From Myxococcota bacterium (GTDB lineage: Bacteria > Myxococcota_A > UBA796 > CAJQPC01): a DNA stretch of 64,000 nt. The DNA lies in NCBI GenBank assembly GCA_036012755.1, contig DASCPX010000129.1, positions 1 to 64,000 of the forward strand. Reading direction: 5' to 3'. Made by a program: the position numbers and the translations under genes. Of this stretch, positions 9,415 to 18,205 are shown piece by piece (position 1 is the stretch's first letter; the number at the start of each line of letters is the position of its first letter). The notes under the pieces were generated by a model. It was not told the DNA's origin, did no database searches, and saw only the letters and a list, made by a program, of their open reading frames with translations.

Positions 9415-11064
9415 GTGGGCATGCTCGAGAGCACCGAGATCCTCGAGACCCTTGGCGAGGGGTCTTTCGGGAAGGTCTACGTCGCGCGTATCTCCGAGGG
9501 CGCGTTCGAGCGCACGGTCGTCCTCAAGGTCCTGAAGTCCAACTGGGTCGGCAACGACGAGATCCTCAAGCGGGCGCGTGACGAGGCGGTGCTGCTCGGG
9601 CGGCTGAACCACGACAACATCGTTCGTGTAGAGCAGCTCACGGAGATCGATGGCAGGCCCGCCGTCGTGATGGAGCACGTCCAGGGGCTCACCCTCGACC
9701 GCATCGTGAAGGCCCATGGCCCCTTCCCCGCGGGGGTCGCGGTAGGCATCGCGATGAAGGTCGCCAACGCCCTCGACGCCGCGTACAACCGCGAACCTGC
9801 CGGCGGCGGCCCACCTCTGCGCGTCGTCCACCGGGACATCAAGCCGAGCAACATCATCCTGTCGGTGTCGGGCGCCGTGAAGGTGCTCGACTTCGGGACC
9901 GCCCGTGCGGACTTCGGGGCTCGCGGGGCTCGCACCAGTTCGCTCACCATCGGCTCGCCCCTCTACATGGCGCCAGAGGCCTTCGACGGACTCGAAGCCG
10001 ACCCGTCCGTGGACATCTACGCCCTCGGTGCGACGCTCTACGAGCTCATCGCCGGTGTCCCGATGGGCAAGCTCTCCGTCAACCCCGCCCGGCACGCCGA
10101 GCGCAAGAAGAAGCGCCTGGGGCAGCTGCGCAGTCCCGCGATCGATGACGACGCCGTGCTCGCGGCCGTTCGCAAGCTCATCGAGAAGTGTGTGCGCTAT
10201 GACCCCACGCGCCGCCCGACCGCCGCGGACATGAAGCGCCTCTGCGGTGAGTTCGTGAAGCGCCTGCCCCGGACCGAGATGGGCCACGACGGCTTCGCGG
10301 AGACGGTCGTCGAGCCGCTCTACCAGAGCCGCGAGCGGGTCGCCCCCGACCTCATCGAGCCGACCATGTCCGGCTCCAACCTCGAGCGCCAGGCCCAGAC
10401 CCAGCCCACCCAGCCCCAGCCTCCCAAGAAGAAGGGCCGTGGGCTGTTGATCGGCGTCGTCGCTCTCCTCGTGGGCCTCGGAATCGTCGGGGCGGTGGCC
10501 CTCTCTCCCAGCTCGACTCCCGACGTCGAGGTCGAGCCGGTCGTAGCGCCGCCGGCCACCGACGCTGCGCCCAGTCGTCGGGAGCGCGACCTGCAGGAGC
10601 GTCGAGAACGCGCGGCGGCCGCGGCTGACCACCGCGAGGATCCTGCCGTGGAGCTCCCCGAGGAGGATCTACTCACGCCCAAGGGAGATCAGCGGGATCC
10701 GGTCGAGCGGGCCTCGACCGAGCCCCTCGAGGTCTTCGTCGAGCCCCTCGAGGTCTTCGTCGAGCCCGTCGAGGTCTTCGTCGAGCCCCTCGAGGTCTTC
10801 GTCGAGCCCGTCGAGGTCTTCGTCGAGCCAGCAGAGGACACGGTCGGAGCGGCCGTCGTGCGGCTGGTCAGCCTTCCCGCTGGAGCCGAGGTCCAGGTCC
10901 AGGGCCGGACCGTCAAGACACCCGGCAGCGCCACGCTGGTCCCGGGGGGCTCCACCGTCACCGTGACCTTCCCGGACGGCGAGTCCCGGAGGTGCTCCGT
11001 GCGGCTGAGCGCCGGAGGGCAGCTGGCCTTCCGCCAGGACCCCGACGGGATCAGCTGTCCCTGA
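9415..11064 (+). CDS. Hanks-type Ser/Thr protein kinase with TM helix and C-terminal PEGA-like domain
   Basis: GEGSFGKVY, VLK, HRDIKPSN, DFG, YMAPE; TM segment LLIGVVALLVGLGIVGAVAL. Confidence 0.92.
   Translation: MGMLESTEILETLGEGSFGKVYVARISEGAFERTVVLKVLKSNWVGNDEILKRARDEAVLLGRLNHDNIVRVEQLTEIDGRPAVVMEHVQGLTLDRIVKAHGPFPAGVAVGIAMKVANALDAAYNREPAGGGPPLRVVHRDIKPSNIILSVSGAVKVLDFGTARADFGARGARTSSLTIGSPLYMAPEAFDGLEADPSVDIYALGATLYELIAGVPMGKLSVNPARHAERKKKRLGQLRSPAIDDDAVLAAVRKLIEKCVRYDPTRRPTAADMKRLCGEFVKRLPRTEMGHDGFAETVVEPLYQSRERVAPDLIEPTMSGSNLERQAQTQPTQPQPPKKKGRGLLIGVVALLVGLGIVGAVALSPSSTPDVEVEPVVAPPATDAAPSRRERDLQERRERAAAAADHREDPAVELPEEDLLTPKGDQRDPVERASTEPLEVFVEPLEVFVEPVEVFVEPLEVFVEPVEVFVEPAEDTVGAAVVRLVSLPAGAEVQVQGRTVKTPGSATLVPGGSTVTVTFPDGESRRCSVRLSAGGQLAFRQDPDGISCP
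10720..10824 (+). repeat. 21-bp tandem repeat x5 encoding EP(L/V)EVFV
   Basis: Five contiguous copies of gagccc(c/g)tcgaggtcttcgtc. Confidence 0.95.
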
Positions 11065-11461
11065 GCCTCCACAACAGCGGCAACAGCGCGAGCAGCCAGG
11101 GCCCGCCCGGGCCCACGGCGCACCCACCTGGGTTGACCTCGCCCGCGTCGGTGTGGACCACGACGACGCTGATCGCGTCAGGCACGGAGCTCTCTCCTTC
11201 TGCTGTGACCGTCAGCTCGAAGGTGTGGGTGCCGGGCTGATCCGGCGTGAAGCGCGGGTTCGCGATGCTGCTGTCGTCGAGCTCTACAGGGGGACCGGAG
11301 ATCCTCCTCCAGGCGTAGTCGAGATCGTCAGCCCCGGAGCCGGCTCCGTTGAGCTCCACGGTCTGGCCCGGGTAGGCGATGAAGTCCAACCCGGCCTCCG
11401 CCTCGAGCAGGGGCATGGCCAGGGCGCCGTTGACGAGGGTCTGACTCAGCAGGACGAGCAC
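11051..11461 (-). CDS. Small PKD-domain protein with MYXO-CTERM-like tail
   Basis: AG.D....PGQTVEL.G.GS...L.YAW....GP...GTHTFELTV; ends GGCAVGPGGPWLLALLPLLWRLR. Confidence 0.7.
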   Translation of the reverse strand: MLVLLSQTLVNGALAMPLLEAEAGLDFIAYPGQTVELNGAGSGADDLDYAWRRISGPPVELDDSSIANPRFTPDQPGTHTFELTVTAEGESSVPDAISVVVVHTDAGEVNPGGCAVGPGGPWLLALLPLLWRLRDS

Positions 11462-11498
11462 GAGAGGCTTATAGCCCGAAGACCCCGGAGGGCTGGTC

Positions 11499-11840
11499 TT
11501 GATCGCGAGCTTCGTCTACGTCTTCCTCGGAGGTGGTCTGGGCGCGAGCCTGCGCTACGGCGTGAGCCTGATCGTGCCCGGCCAGTACGGCACCTGGGTC
11601 GTGAACGTGCTCGGCAGCTTCGGGCTCGCCTTCTTGATGACCCGCGGAGTCCCTCCCTCCTGGCGGCTTGCTCTCGGAACGGGTCTGTTGGGCGGCTTCA
11701 CCACCTACTCGACCTTCAACCAAGACACGATTCGCCTCGTTCAGGCTGGAGAGTTGGGGCAGGCGGCCATCAACATCGTCGCCACCCTGGCGGTCTGCCT
11801 CGCTGCTGGTGCTCTCGGCGTCTGGCTCGGCAAGCAATAG
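11499..11840 (+). CDS. crcB: Fluoride efflux channel CrcB/FluC
   Basis: GGGLGASLRY, GTWVVNVLGSF, GLLGGFTTYSTF. Confidence 0.93.
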   Translation: MIASFVYVFLGGGLGASLRYGVSLIVPGQYGTWVVNVLGSFGLAFLMTRGVPPSWRLALGTGLLGGFTTYSTFNQDTIRLVQAGELGQAAINIVATLAVCLAAGALGVWLGKQ

Positions 11841-11872
11841 GTAGAGGATCGCTGGCGTAGCTCGGGTAGCTT

Positions 11873-11895
11873 GCCTGCACTCTGTGCAGGCTTTA
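11873..11895 (+). terminator. Hairpin after crcB (terminator, or operator for pspA)
   Basis: gcctgcac-tct-gtgcaggc followed by ttta. Confidence 0.4.
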
Positions 11896-11959
11896 TGCTC
11901 GATCCTGTACGGCCCCGCGGCACAAAGGGCGCCCAAACGGCGTCGAAAAGAGGGTTTTC

Positions 11960-12676
11960 ATGGGCTTCTTCGATCGAATCGCCAACATCTGGAAGGGCTT
12001 CATCTCCCTCTGGGTCTCAGAGGTCGAGCAGAGCAACCCGGAGGCGGTGTACGAGTCCGCCATCGACGAGCGGATCAAGAAGCACCGAGAGCTCAAGAAG
12101 GCGGTGTCGGGCATCGTCTACCTCCGCAACAAGCTCAGCTCGGAGCTGGAGGCCGCGGAGTCAGATCTCGCAGAGGTCCAGGTCCAGATCCCCGTGGCCG
12201 TCGAGGAGGGCGAGGACGACGTCGCGCTCGTGCTCATCCAGAAGAAGGACGAGCTGACCTCGAAGATCGCCACCGTCAGGGGAGACCTCGACAAGGTCGC
12301 GTCCCAGGCCGAAGAGGCCAAGAGCGGCCTCATCGCCTTCCAGGGCGAGATCGAGAAGCTCAAGCGCGAGAAGCAGGAGGTCCTCGCCAAGAAGGCCAAC
12401 GCAGAGGCGCGCATCACGATCCAGGAGACCCTCGACGGCCTGTCCACCGATGCGGACATCAAGGCCCTCGAGAACGTGCGCGAGCACGTCGAGAAGCTGC
12501 AGGCCCAGGCGGATGTCGGCGCCGAGATCAAGGGCGAGTCCCTCGACGACAAGCTCTCGAAGATCAAGAAGAAGACCGCAAACGCCGCCGCGAAGAGCCA
12601 GCTCGCGGAGCTGAAGAAGCAGATGGCTGCGCGCAAGTCCGCGAAGGAAGCCGCAGGCGTCAAGAAGACGATGTAG
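11960..12676 (+). CDS. pspA: PspA/IM30 family protein
   Basis: MGFFDRIANIWKG..., E..NPE, long coiled coil, C-terminal QLAELKKQM. Confidence 0.88.
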   Translation: MGFFDRIANIWKGFISLWVSEVEQSNPEAVYESAIDERIKKHRELKKAVSGIVYLRNKLSSELEAAESDLAEVQVQIPVAVEEGEDDVALVLIQKKDELTSKIATVRGDLDKVASQAEEAKSGLIAFQGEIEKLKREKQEVLAKKANAEARITIQETLDGLSTDADIKALENVREHVEKLQAQADVGAEIKGESLDDKLSKIKKKTANAAAKSQLAELKKQMAARKSAKEAAGVKKTM

Positions 12677-12682
12677 CCACCG

Positions 12683-13042
12683 ATGTCTGGCGACATCACG
12701 CTGCCCGGGCGCGCTCACGAGGCTGAGCAGGCCTTCCTCGACTCCATCGGTGACGACGACGAAGCTCTCGTCGTCGTGGTTCGCATGGCGCTCGCCGCTG
12801 GTCGACCCGCCTTCGCCGGTCGAGCCGTCCAGCGCATCGCCATCGAAAGTGACGACGAGGTCCTCCTGCGGGCTCGGCGGGCAGCTCGGCTGCTGTGTCT
12901 GAGTGACAGCCCCGACCTCGTCGAGCTGGATGGCCTGTTGGACCTCCTTCGACTCCGCACGATGTCTCGGGCCAAGCGCCGGGCCCGCGCTCGGCTGAAG
13001 GGTGAGTTCCGACAGGACCCGAGCAAGCGAAGGCGCCGCTAG
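12683..13042 (+). CDS. Hypothetical protein downstream of pspA
   Basis: Starts 6 nt after the pspA stop; 119 aa. Confidence 0.6.
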   Translation: MSGDITLPGRAHEAEQAFLDSIGDDDEALVVVVRMALAAGRPAFAGRAVQRIAIESDDEVLLRARRAARLLCLSDSPDLVELDGLLDLLRLRTMSRAKRRARARLKGEFRQDPSKRRRR

Positions 13043-13045
13043 GGG

Positions 13046-13256
13046 CTTTTCGCGCCGATCACTCCGGTTGAGCCGCCCTCGCTTGCCCTGCGCACGCCTG
13101 GCGGCGGCAACGGGGCTCGCCGACCTTCGGGTTTGGCAACGCTTCGCCCCGTTGCCCCTCCTCGAAGTGTCCAGACACGCCTTCGTCGGGCCGCCTACCC
13201 AGCCGCACGCATTGCGGCGCGATCATCGAATCAACCTATGTGATCGGTGCGATAAG
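13046..13256. mobile_element. MITE-like or structured intergenic element with 26-bp imperfect terminal inverted repeats
   Basis: 13046-13071 vs 13231-13256 pair at 21/26; internal 11-bp stem ggcaacggggc/gccccgttgcc enclosing a cTTCGg loop. Confidence 0.55.
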
Positions 13257-13265
13257 GTGCGGCGG

Positions 13266-16127
13266 ATGAGAGAGAGGCTGCGGAGGATCGGGCGTGCGGT
13301 GTACGCCCCGCTGGAGCGCTGGTTCCTCGCGCTCTCGAAGCGTGAGCGCGTCCACGTCTACGCGCTGGCCATCCTGATGGTCGGGTGCATCGCGCACTTC
13401 CTCGCCTACGCGGTCTTCTACATCGAGGACGCGGGCATCTCCATCGCCTACGCCCGCAACTTCGTGGCGGGAGAGGGCTGGGTCACCTACGCGGGCGGAG
13501 AGCGGGTCGAGGGCTTCAGCAACCCGCTGTGGACCTGGCTCGTCGCCCTGTGGATGCTCGTCGGCATCTCCGGGTGGACCTCTGTGAAGGTGATGGGCGC
13601 GGTCCTCGGCGCGGCTTGCCTGCCCCTGTCCTACCTGTTGGCCCGAGCCTCGCTGAAGGACCAGCAGAGCCACATCCCGCTCATCCCGCCGGTCCTGCTC
13701 GCGGCCTCTTCGACCTTCGCCGTCTGGACCGCCTCCGGGCTCGAGAACGCCCTGTTCTGCTTCCTGATGGCGGCTGGCGCCTGGCGCGTGCTGATAGAGG
13801 CCAGGGAGAACCGGGCCGATGCCTTCCCCTGGTCCTCGCTGCTGTTCCTGGGCTTGGCCGTGACGCGTCCGGAGGGCATCGTCTACGCGGCGGTCGCCGG
13901 GCTCTTTCGACTCGTCTTCGCGATCCGGGACAAGAACGTCGTCGGTCCCATCGTGCGCTGGGTGGTCGTCTTCTTCCTGCCCTTCGTGGCCTACCACGCG
14001 TGGCGCTACCACTACTTCGCCTGGGAGTTCCCCAACACCTACTACGCCAAGATGGACGGAGAGAACCGCTTCCGACCCTGGCAGTGGAACGTTCGGGGTT
14101 GGAAGTACGTCGTCAACTTCTTCAGGGCCTACGGCTTCGCCTACATCCTCCCGGTCTTCGCGGTGGCGCTCGTCGGGCTCAAGGACCGCCGCCGCTGGCT
14201 GGTCGTGTTGGCCACGGTCATCGGGGCGACCTTGCTGTTGTGGAACGGGCGTGAGGGTGTGCCAAACGACTTCGATCCCGACTGGTTGAACTACCTCCAG
14301 CGGCACTGGGATCGGAGCCGCGTGATCTTCCTGCTGTCCTCCGTCTCGATCTTCGCGATGGTCACCTCCTCGCGGGGGGTGCTGCGACGCCTCGGCCTCG
14401 GCTGCATCGGCCTCGGCGCGATCCTGCTGGGCATGTTCGCCCTGCCAGAGGTCGCGATGTTCCCGGTCATCGGTCTCGGCGGGGGCCTCATCCTGCTGGC
14501 TTGTGTCGCCCACACGGCCGACGACGCGCTCGCCAGGATGCTGCTCTTCGGCCTGGGCGCTTGCGGTGTCTTCTTCATCGTCTACTCGGGCGGCGACTGG
14601 ATGAAGCAGTGGCGCTTCTTCAGCTACATCCTCGTGCCGCTGTTCGTGGTGCTCGGCCTCGGGCTGGGGCGATTCATCGAGGCGCTGCCTGGTCCGAAGA
14701 AGGTCTGGGCGCCCCTTCTGATAGCGCTCACCATCGTCCCGAACCTCTGGCAGTCGGTGCACGCCGCGCCCTCTCCGGAGACGAGCGTCAGCAATGTCTA
14801 CCAGCGCGTCCGGTACATGACGTGGGTCCAGAAGCGCCTCCACCTGGAGCGGATCACGCTCTTCGACGTCGACATGGGCGCCCACATGTTCTACACGGAC
14901 TGGAAGATCCTGGACGTGGCCGGGCTCGTGGACGTCTCGATGGCCCGCCACAACTTCCAGAAGGCCTTCATCCGCGAGTACGTGCTCGAAGAAGGCCACC
15001 CGGACTTCGCCCACCAGCACGGCGGCTGGGCCAACAAGACGAAGATCAAGTCCCACCCCGAGTGGAAGCGCGAGTACCTCGAGATCCCGGGCTACCCGAC
15101 CGGCAAGACCGCGCTGCACGTCGGCAACCACGTGCGAAAGGACATCTTCGTCCGCGAGTCCTACGACGGCCCCCCCGATCGCCGAGTGCGGCTCCAGGGT
15201 GGGGTCATCTTCGAGGGCTATGACCTCCCCGCGCCCGTCGCCCCCGTCGGCGGCGAGCTCTTCGTCGAGTACTGGCTCCACGCCGGCTACCGGGACGAGC
15301 CCTTCCGGGTCTACGTCGTGCTGGACGATGGCCAGGGCCACCGCTCCGTGAGCGCCCTGCCTGCCGGCTACGACTGGTACCCGCCAGAGGACTGGAAGGC
15401 CTCTGAGCACGTGCGGCACCGCTACGACTTCGGTCTCCACGAGGACCTCGTGGCGGGGACCTACGACCTCGGCTTCCTGGTCATCGACAACGACACTGGC
15501 GAGGTCCTCGCCCCCGTGCCGCCGGTCAGCACAGGGGATGATGCCGCACTCGAGGATGATGCCGTACTCGAAGAGGACATCGTCTACGCCGACGGCGTCG
15601 TGTGGTTCGAGGACGTCGTCACGCTGGTGTCGCGGGACGAGGCCGAAGAGGAGGCCACCGTCGACCACGACCGAGCCCTCGAGCTGCTGGCGGGCGGCGA
15701 CTGTGAGGGCGGCCTGTCCGCCTGGCGCGAGGCCCGCTACCACCTCTGGAAGAACGAGGGCTGGCGCAACCAGCGCGCAGAGGCCGTCGATACGGCCACG
15801 GCCAGCTGCTACGTCGGTCGCGCCCTGGCTGCAGAGGACCGCGACGAGACCGTCCAGTGGCTGGTAGAGGCCCGGCTCTACGACCACCACCTCGACGAGC
15901 TCCTCGACGCCACCCGCCCGCTCGCTGCCGAGCTCGACGCAGAGGGCGATGCGCTGGCCGAGGAAGACGACTGGGAGGGCGCCTACGTCGCCTGGCGCGA
16001 CGCCTTGAGGCTGGACCCGAGGTTGTCGTGGACCCGCAAGAAGGCCGAGCAGGCCCGTGACATCCGCCTCGGCGTGGACGGCAAGGTGAAGGACTCGGCA
16101 AAGCGGAGCTCGAAGAAGGGCGACTGA
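13266..16127 (+). CDS. GT-C-type membrane glycosyltransferase (AftB/ArnT-like) with periplasmic Ig-like and TPR-like C-terminal regions
   Basis: EDAGISIAYARN..G.G......ERVEGFSNPLW, SGLEN, TRPEG, PNTYYAK, GGDWM..WRF; many TM helices. Confidence 0.8.
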   Translation: MRERLRRIGRAVYAPLERWFLALSKRERVHVYALAILMVGCIAHFLAYAVFYIEDAGISIAYARNFVAGEGWVTYAGGERVEGFSNPLWTWLVALWMLVGISGWTSVKVMGAVLGAACLPLSYLLARASLKDQQSHIPLIPPVLLAASSTFAVWTASGLENALFCFLMAAGAWRVLIEARENRADAFPWSSLLFLGLAVTRPEGIVYAAVAGLFRLVFAIRDKNVVGPIVRWVVVFFLPFVAYHAWRYHYFAWEFPNTYYAKMDGENRFRPWQWNVRGWKYVVNFFRAYGFAYILPVFAVALVGLKDRRRWLVVLATVIGATLLLWNGREGVPNDFDPDWLNYLQRHWDRSRVIFLLSSVSIFAMVTSSRGVLRRLGLGCIGLGAILLGMFALPEVAMFPVIGLGGGLILLACVAHTADDALARMLLFGLGACGVFFIVYSGGDWMKQWRFFSYILVPLFVVLGLGLGRFIEALPGPKKVWAPLLIALTIVPNLWQSVHAAPSPETSVSNVYQRVRYMTWVQKRLHLERITLFDVDMGAHMFYTDWKILDVAGLVDVSMARHNFQKAFIREYVLEEGHPDFAHQHGGWANKTKIKSHPEWKREYLEIPGYPTGKTALHVGNHVRKDIFVRESYDGPPDRRVRLQGGVIFEGYDLPAPVAPVGGELFVEYWLHAGYRDEPFRVYVVLDDGQGHRSVSALPAGYDWYPPEDWKASEHVRHRYDFGLHEDLVAGTYDLGFLVIDNDTGEVLAPVPPVSTGDDAALEDDAVLEEDIVYADGVVWFEDVVTLVSRDEAEEEATVDHDRALELLAGGDCEGGLSAWREARYHLWKNEGWRNQRAEAVDTATASCYVGRALAAEDRDETVQWLVEARLYDHHLDELLDATRPLAAELDAEGDALAEEDDWEGAYVAWRDALRLDPRLSWTRKKAEQARDIRLGVDGKVKDSAKRSSKKGD

Positions 16128-16197
16128 GCCGGCGTGAGACGGTGGAAGGGTGTGCCTCGCCGACAGCCCCACTAGGGTGGAGTCGACGGAGGACACC

Positions 16198-17063
16198 ATG
16201 ATCTGGCTCTTGGCATTGGCTTGCGGCGACAAGGACGACACCGACCCCAGGGGCGGGGACGACAGCTCGGTCACCAACGACAGCGGGGACAGCGGACTCG
16301 AGGTGAGCGCCTCAGCCGCACCTGGGACGGAGACGAGCAGACCTTCCAGCTCGACGGCGCGTCGCTCGATCTCGACAGCTCGGTCGGCTCGTGGGCCGTC
16401 TGGGAGGGCGAGGTCGTGACCCGCTTCGATGACGGCGCGGCTCCCCTTGGGCTGCCTCATGCCGGCGTGGCCTGGGGGAGCTCGGAGGATGGCCTGGCGC
16501 TGTATGACCTGGAGGCCGGTACGAACCTCGGGGCCTCGGTGGACGTGGACGCGGAGTTCGGCTTCGTGGTGGCGCCCCGCGACGGCAGCGGCGTCGATCT
16601 CGGCGGCGAGACCCTCGCGCCGATCGACGAGGAGCTCGTGGCGCCCACCCTGGTGGTGACGCTCCCCTGGGACACGGGCACCCGGTGCTCGAAGGCCACC
16701 GTGGTCCTCCCGGGCACGAGCACCGACAACAGCGCGCTGCTCGCCGGCGCTGTCGTGGTCGCTACCGGCGAGGAAGAGGACTGCTCGGACCTCGCCGTGC
16801 CCCTGGTCTCCGTCCAGGAGAAGGGCAGGCAGGTCGACTGCAAGAGCGGGGACCTCAACGGTGACGGCTTCGGGGACATGGTCCTCGAGGGGGCCGACGG
16901 CGAGCGCAGCATCTGGCTCAGCGCGGGGGACGGCGGCGAGCTCGACACCACAGTGGAGCTCCCGGACTGGACCGAGGCCGCGGTGATGAGGGGTGTCGCC
17001 CCCGGTGTCGGTCAGCCCGCCTCCACCGTCTTCCTGGCGTCCTGGGCTGCGATCCTGGACTGA
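16198..17063 (+). pseudogene. Lipoprotein gene with a frameshift near 16302
   Basis: RBS GGAGGA and MIWLLALAC; coding-like frame switches at ctcgaggtgag, where one extra G restores LEGERLSRTW. Confidence 0.65.
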
Positions 17064-17636
17064 CTACCAGGCCTCGACGCGGATGAAGAGCAGCTGGTAC
17101 TCGGTCTGGTCGCCGACCCAGACCGAGTGGATCTCCTGGGCGTCGCGGGCCTCTGCGATGTCCTCGTTGTTCAACACCGCGAGGCCGATCATGTCGTCTT
17201 CGTTGAGGATGTCGTGGTCCCAGAGGGTGACCCGGAGCCGCTCGTCGTCGAGCAGGTCGACGTCCCGGTAGACGGGGGCCTCGACCCAGTCGACGGAGAA
17301 GGCGTTGCGGTCCTCTGGGTCCAGCTCGATGGCCGAGGCGTAGTCGTCACCTCGGTTGATCTCCACCTGGCCGTAGGGGTCCGGGTAGCTCAGGTACTCG
17401 GCGAACTGGGCAAGGACCTCTCCGACCTCGCTCGGCAGGGGCACCCCCTGGGCGGCGAGTTCGGCGAGGGCCTGGAAGACCTCTGCGGGGATGTCGAAGC
17501 CATCCCAGCTCTGGCCTTTGCTCGAGCCTGGAGCGGGGGCCATACCCGGGCCGATGTAGGCGCCCGTGACCTGCACGTCCGCGAGATCGCGCTCGGAGGC
17601 GTTCCGGAAGGGCAGGCAGGCCAGGAGGAGCAGCAC
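17064..17636 (-). CDS. Lipoprotein with C2-like domain
   Basis: GTG-LLLLAC; PDPYGQV...W...LRVTLWDHDILNEDDMIG matches the C2 Ca-binding loop pattern. Confidence 0.7.
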   Translation of the reverse strand: MLLLLACLPFRNASERDLADVQVTGAYIGPGMAPAPGSSKGQSWDGFDIPAEVFQALAELAAQGVPLPSEVGEVLAQFAEYLSYPDPYGQVEINRGDDYASAIELDPEDRNAFSVDWVEAPVYRDVDLLDDERLRVTLWDHDILNEDDMIGLAVLNNEDIAEARDAQEIHSVWVGDQTEYQLLFIRVEAW

Positions 17637-17679
17637 GCCCCAGTCGAGCACGTCGCGCTCGGGGTCCGCAAGGGTCACC

Positions 17680-18198
17680 TCAGCGTTTCCGACTCCACAG
17701 CCAGGCTCCGATGGCCACCAGCGCCAGCGGGATGCCTACCAGCGGGGCGAAGCCGATGGCGAGGATCAGGAAGCCGGCGCTCAGCGCCCAGACCCACCAG
17801 TCCAGTCCCCCGCTTGCGGCGGGCGGGGCCAGCTCGGCGTTGGTGATGAGCGTGATGCGGCCCCCCCTGGGCTCGCGGAGGCCCCAGTGGTGCTGCTCAG
17901 AGAGCTCGAGCAGCGCCTCCGTGACCGCTTCGCGCAGTCGCGACCGGCCGTCGATGTTGTGGCGGCCTCGGCCGGTGATGAAGTGCACGGCGCCGGTCTC
18001 CAGTGGCACCTCGGCGGCCGTCGCGACCACGCTCAGAGCCAGCTTGATCGAGAGATCGTGCAGGTCCACGACGCCGACGTAGCCCTCCTCCCAGATGTGG
18101 GTCTCCGGCTTCCACGGGCGCTCCTTGTTCCAGGACAGGCTGCGAGCTTCTTCCTCGGTCCTGGCGAGCGCCTCGCGCAGGCGCAGCACGTCGCTCAC
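17680..18198 (-). CDS. Smr-domain protein with two C-terminal TM helices
   Basis: VVDLHDL...HFITGRGRH...LREAV...GGRITL; hydrophobic hairpin followed by SRKR. Confidence 0.72.
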   Translation of the reverse strand: MSDVLRLREALARTEEEARSLSWNKERPWKPETHIWEEGYVGVVDLHDLSIKLALSVVATAAEVPLETGAVHFITGRGRHNIDGRSRLREAVTEALLELSEQHHWGLREPRGGRITLITNAELAPPAASGGLDWWVWALSAGFLILAIGFAPLVGIPLALVAIGAWLWSRKR

Positions 18199-18205
18199 GA
18201 GCGCC

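Noticed and set aside
10720..10830. Short repeats as a CRISPR array
   Set aside because: Contiguous in-frame repeats with no spacers and no cas genes.
11462..11498. Fluoride riboswitch before crcB
   Set aside because: Only 37 nt of intergenic space and no recognisable GGCGAUGG aptamer start.
11873..11891. CIRCE element upstream of pspA
   Set aside because: Does not match TTAGCACTC-N9-GAGTGCTAA.
13236..16460. Very long antisense or alternate-frame ORFs (also 28076-31027, 34928-38176, 36066-38582 and others)
   Set aside because: Shadow ORFs of real genes caused by high GC3 and stop-codon scarcity; no recognisable motifs.
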